DNA of 32,000 bases from Erysipelotrichaceae bacterium OH741_COT-311. GTDB lineage: Bacteria > Bacillota_I > Bacilli_A > Erysipelotrichales > Erysipelotrichaceae. Under the pieces are notes generated by a model. The model searched no databases. It had not been told where the DNA came from and saw only the letters and a list, made by a program, of their open reading frames with translations. Shown here one piece after another: positions 29,103 to 32,000 of this stretch. Location of the stretch: assembly GCA_003858585.1 (NCBI GenBank), contig RQZE01000009.1:43356-75355 (forward strand). The letters run 5' to 3'. Within the stretch, counting starts at the first letter, position 1. Each line of letters opens with the position of its first letter. The position numbers were made by a program, and so were the translations under genes.

Positions 29103-29503
29103 CACTTTGTATGATTTTCTTTTGTAAAGAAGAGTAAAATGTTTAAAACAGATATTAAGTAGGAGGTCTGTTGTTGTGTTAAATACTTCATTTTATATAG
29201 ATACAATGATTACTGGATGAAAGTGGAAGAAATGAGCAAATCAAATTTTACATTATGTGTAGAAAAAACAAAAAGTGTTGGTATCTAAGATATTTAAAGT
29301 AAATAAATTTTGTACCAATTTTCTATAGTGCTTTAATAATCATTTTCTTAATATCATTTATTTTTCTAAAGCAAAAGTTAAACATAAAATAGTTTTTAAT
29401 TATTAATGAAAATATATTTATAAAAAAGTGATTTTGTATCATGAAAGTAGTTTGCTTTAATCGTATTAATGTGAATAGTAAATGATTCATTTAGTTTTAT
29501 TTT

Positions 29504-29512
29504 ATGATAAAA
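29504..29512 (+). promoter_or_regulatory. Candidate extended -10 element (TGaTAAAAT) upstream of the adhesin gene
   Basis: TGATAAAAT lies about 98 nt upstream of ATG 29610. No recognisable -35 was seen. Confidence 0.3.
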
Positions 29513-29609
29513 TGCGATAGCAAATATTTTTATTTAGGTATTAAATTTATGAGAAATATATGCATTCTTAATAGTTATTAATAAAGGGTTTATTTGAAAG
29601 GGGTAGATT

Positions 29610-32000
29610 ATGCTTAAAAAATTATTTTTAATAACAGTTTTTCTGATTGCTTCTCTTGCGTATAGGACGATTAGTTTTGCAGAAACGAACTCATCTTCAG
29701 AAGTAGCTACAACACATGAGATTCCTTTAGTTGCGGAGACAGAAATCACTGATGAAAATAATATAAATCAACCGGAAGAAATTTCGGATAGTGAAGAAGC
29801 AGAAGTTTTAACTGTTACTGAAGAAACAGTTGGTACAGAGATTTCCGCTATTGAAGAAATAGATTTGGATGAAGGAATTATACCTGTAAATTCAGATCCG
29901 ACATCAAAACAATTTTCTTTTTCTACAAATTTAAATCAATTCATTGAAAATGTTGAAGTGGAAGGACTGCTACAAGATGATCAAGGTGCATATATTGTAG
30001 AACCACACCAAGAATATGCAATTGATATAGCGTTTAAAGAAACAGAGACAATGCAATTTGATATGGATCATACAGATAAGGAGTTTGTGTATACATTGCC
30101 AAGTGGATTGGAGGGGATTAACTCTCAACAAACCAACTTTACAATTAATATCGTAGATCAAAATGGACCTGCAAGTATATCGGGGAATCATTTTGTATTG
30201 GAGAATGGAAAAATAAAAATTCATTTTAATATCAACGATCCAAATTACAGTCGTTTAAAATTATTGCCAAATGTGGCGTTTGTGTTAAGTATTAAAGCAA
30301 AATTTGATGGTACAACAACTCAAATTGATCTGGGTAATAATGTTGTGATTAAATTGAAATACGAAAATAATGCGAGTTTAGAAATTTCTAAAGTGGGAAC
30401 ACAACGTAAATTTGGTTTGCCAACCGTTGATTACGTTGTAACAGTAAAAACAAAAGGAATTAATCACAATGTGGTGATTAGTGATGTGATTTCAGGAACA
30501 GCTTTAAGTTTAAACAAGGATCTTGTCGTAGAATCAAGTTTAAATGGTATATTAACACCTGCTATCACTTATAATGAAGCATCTGGAATGAATAAAGGTT
30601 TTCAATTTACACTTCCAAGAACTTTAAATAATGAAATTATTACGATTAAATATTCTGCTGAGTTAGACTTCAGTAAAATTGTCGAAAGAGGAGATGATGC
30701 TCAAACATCAAATACTGCACAGGCAAAAAGTGATGAAGTAACTCCTGTACAGGCGTTCCATACATTAAGAAATACAGTTGAAAGTTTACTTATTTCTAAA
30801 ACTACTAAGCAAATTCAGCCAAAACCGGCTAGTACTTCTATATATACTGTTCCATGGTTTATTACTGCCAATAGTAATAAATTAATTGATATGAGCGGAA
30901 GAGTTATTGAAGATAGCTTCCATGTCAGCAGTCAAGATAAAGCAAAATTTATTGGTGAAGGGATTGTTATTCGTGTTAGCAAACAAGATGGAAGTATCGA
31001 AACGCGTAATTTAAAATGGAATGAAAACGGCTTGGTTCCTATAAGAAATAATGCTAACAATAACATTGTTGGATTTAGGTATACAGTTCCTGCAACAGAC
31101 GGCTATGCCTCTTATGAAATTGATGCTAATTCAGAAGCTGATAGCAGTAAATCATATGCACGATTAGTAGTTTTAAATAATGCAAAAATTGTAAATTTAA
31201 AATCTGCATCCGGACAAGCTACAATTAATTTAAATCCAGGTATTGGACAAGATATTTTAACAGCTAAAAAAGAGGCGGTGAGTGTAAATAGTCAAGAAAT
31301 TGAATGGAAAATTACACTATCTGTTTCAAGAAGTGGATATCCAAGTTTAGTTGTTTATGATGATAATAGTAAACGTACCATAGTAGGAAAGACATATAAA
31401 GATAAAGTTATTCCAGGAACGTTGTCTGTAGAAGGGTTATATCCGGAAGAATCTTACAGATATATTCCTAATGATGCGGATACATCAGAGGCAAATTCAT
31501 TTTCAATTGAATTTTTTCAAAATAAAGGTGAAACAATAAAAGGCTTATTACCTAGTCAAGATAATCAAAGTCGTAATTTGATTATAAAGTATAAAACTAG
31601 TGTCAATCAGGAGCTTTTAAAGATGGCGCATGATACTGGCTATATAGATGTAAACGCAATTCATTTTAACAATATGTCAGCACGTGTTACATTTGATGAT
31701 TTTGTTGCTGCAAATAGTAAAGTGACACCAAAAATGCAAACATTAGAAAAGAAATTTTCTTTAACTGATACAGCTATTGTTGATGGGAAAACATATCCTG
31801 TTTATAAATATGAAATTATATTATCAAATCCAACCAACGAAACGGAAACGATAATGGATAAATTTGATATAAATTATTTAAAATACTACGATGCAAATGG
31901 AGTAGTAATCAAAGGAGGATTAACAGCGGAAGAACAAACTGTTGTAGGAGGAAATGCAACAGTGGAAGCGACGGCAGAAGGGATCAAGATTAACATCAAT
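29610..32000 (+). CDS. Secreted Cna/MSCRAMM-like surface adhesin with repeated Ig-like (collagen-binding-type) domains; 3' end lies outside the window
   Basis: The reading frame is open for 797 codons from ATG 29610 to the window edge (my own translation; it is absent from the ORF track because no stop is reached). SD AAAGGGG lies upstream. The signal peptide is MLKKLFLITVFLIASLAYRTISFA/ETN, followed by an acidic E/T-rich linker. Four or five beta-rich modules of about 135-160 aa follow, with recurring patterns such as LEISKVGT...VDYVVTVKT, LLISKTTK...YTVPWFITANSN, ILTAKKEAV...EIEWKITLSVS and TLEKKFSL...YKYEIILSNP. Confidence 0.8.
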   Translation, partial: MLKKLFLITVFLIASLAYRTISFAETNSSSEVATTHEIPLVAETEITDENNINQPEEISDSEEAEVLTVTEETVGTEISAIEEIDLDEGIIPVNSDPTSKQFSFSTNLNQFIENVEVEGLLQDDQGAYIVEPHQEYAIDIAFKETETMQFDMDHTDKEFVYTLPSGLEGINSQQTNFTINIVDQNGPASISGNHFVLENGKIKIHFNINDPNYSRLKLLPNVAFVLSIKAKFDGTTTQIDLGNNVVIKLKYENNASLEISKVGTQRKFGLPTVDYVVTVKTKGINHNVVISDVISGTALSLNKDLVVESSLNGILTPAITYNEASGMNKGFQFTLPRTLNNEIITIKYSAELDFSKIVERGDDAQTSNTAQAKSDEVTPVQAFHTLRNTVESLLISKTTKQIQPKPASTSIYTVPWFITANSNKLIDMSGRVIEDSFHVSSQDKAKFIGEGIVIRVSKQDGSIETRNLKWNENGLVPIRNNANNNIVGFRYTVPATDGYASYEIDANSEADSSKSYARLVVLNNAKIVNLKSASGQATINLNPGIGQDILTAKKEAVSVNSQEIEWKITLSVSRSGYPSLVVYDDNSKRTIVGKTYKDKVIPGTLSVEGLYPEESYRYIPNDADTSEANSFSIEFFQNKGETIKGLLPSQDNQSRNLIIKYKTSVNQELLKMAHDTGYIDVNAIHFNNMSARVTFDDFVAANSKVTPKMQTLEKKFSLTDTAIVDGKTYPVYKYEIILSNPTNETETIMDKFDINYLKYYDANGVVIKGGLTAEEQTVVGGNATVEATAEGIKININ

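Noticed and set aside
29093-29105. The small hairpin GTGAT-AAA-ATCAC followed by a T-rich tract was considered as the permease terminator.
   Set aside because: The 5-bp AT-rich stem is too weak to call, and the same bases form the TG-extended -10 of a plausible promoter. It is left unresolved and noted under the promoter feature.
29534-30224. Minus-strand ORFs of 71 and 84 aa overlap the start and first domain of the adhesin gene.
   Set aside because: The plus-strand frame is open for 797 codons and has an SD, a signal peptide and a domain pattern. The antisense ORFs have none of these.
1-32000. The whole window was searched for tRNA or rRNA genes, CRISPR arrays, IS elements or transposases, integrases, prophage genes and toxin-antitoxin or defence-system signatures.
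   Set aside because: No cloverleaf-like or rRNA-like GC-rich segments, no regularly spaced repeats, no terminal inverted repeats and no recombinase-like ORFs were seen. All long ORFs are accounted for by the calls above.

Overview
AT-rich chromosomal segment of a low-GC Gram-positive bacterium (Bacillota). The exact taxon cannot be determined from the sequence alone. Nt 1-24390 is almost entirely core housekeeping DNA that follows known Bacillus-type gene order: der-gpsA; a convergent class A PBP and a DegV protein; then an uninterrupted same-strand array of 13 genes (dnaE, an OmpR-type response regulator and histidine kinase, ybjQ-like, ybeY, dgkA, cdd, era, recO, glyQS, dnaG, sigA, trmK); then rpsT (opposite strand), fmt, a class B sortase, lepA, hemW and rpsO. 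All calls rest on motifs read from the supplied translations; no database search was possible. The accessory part starts just after the rpsO terminator (about 24390). It holds a TetR-family regulator, a MacB/LolD-type ABC ATPase, and a 1098-aa fused double-FtsX permease whose first extracytoplasmic domain carries a roughly 310-residue coiled coil. Next come a 546-bp AT-rich spacer with a strong orphan Shine-Dalgarno and two coupled mini-ORFs, and a large secreted Cna/MSCRAMM-like adhesin that runs off the window (missing from the ORF track because it has no stop). The most unusual observations are the built-in coiled-coil hairpin of the ABC permease with no adaptor gene in the operon, a 197-residue lysine-rich N-terminal extension on the primary sigma factor, and a housekeeping-embedded sortase B with no adjacent substrate. 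I found no tRNA, rRNA, CRISPR array, IS element or integrase. I cannot show that any of these is truly undescribed; the checks needed are listed with each finding.
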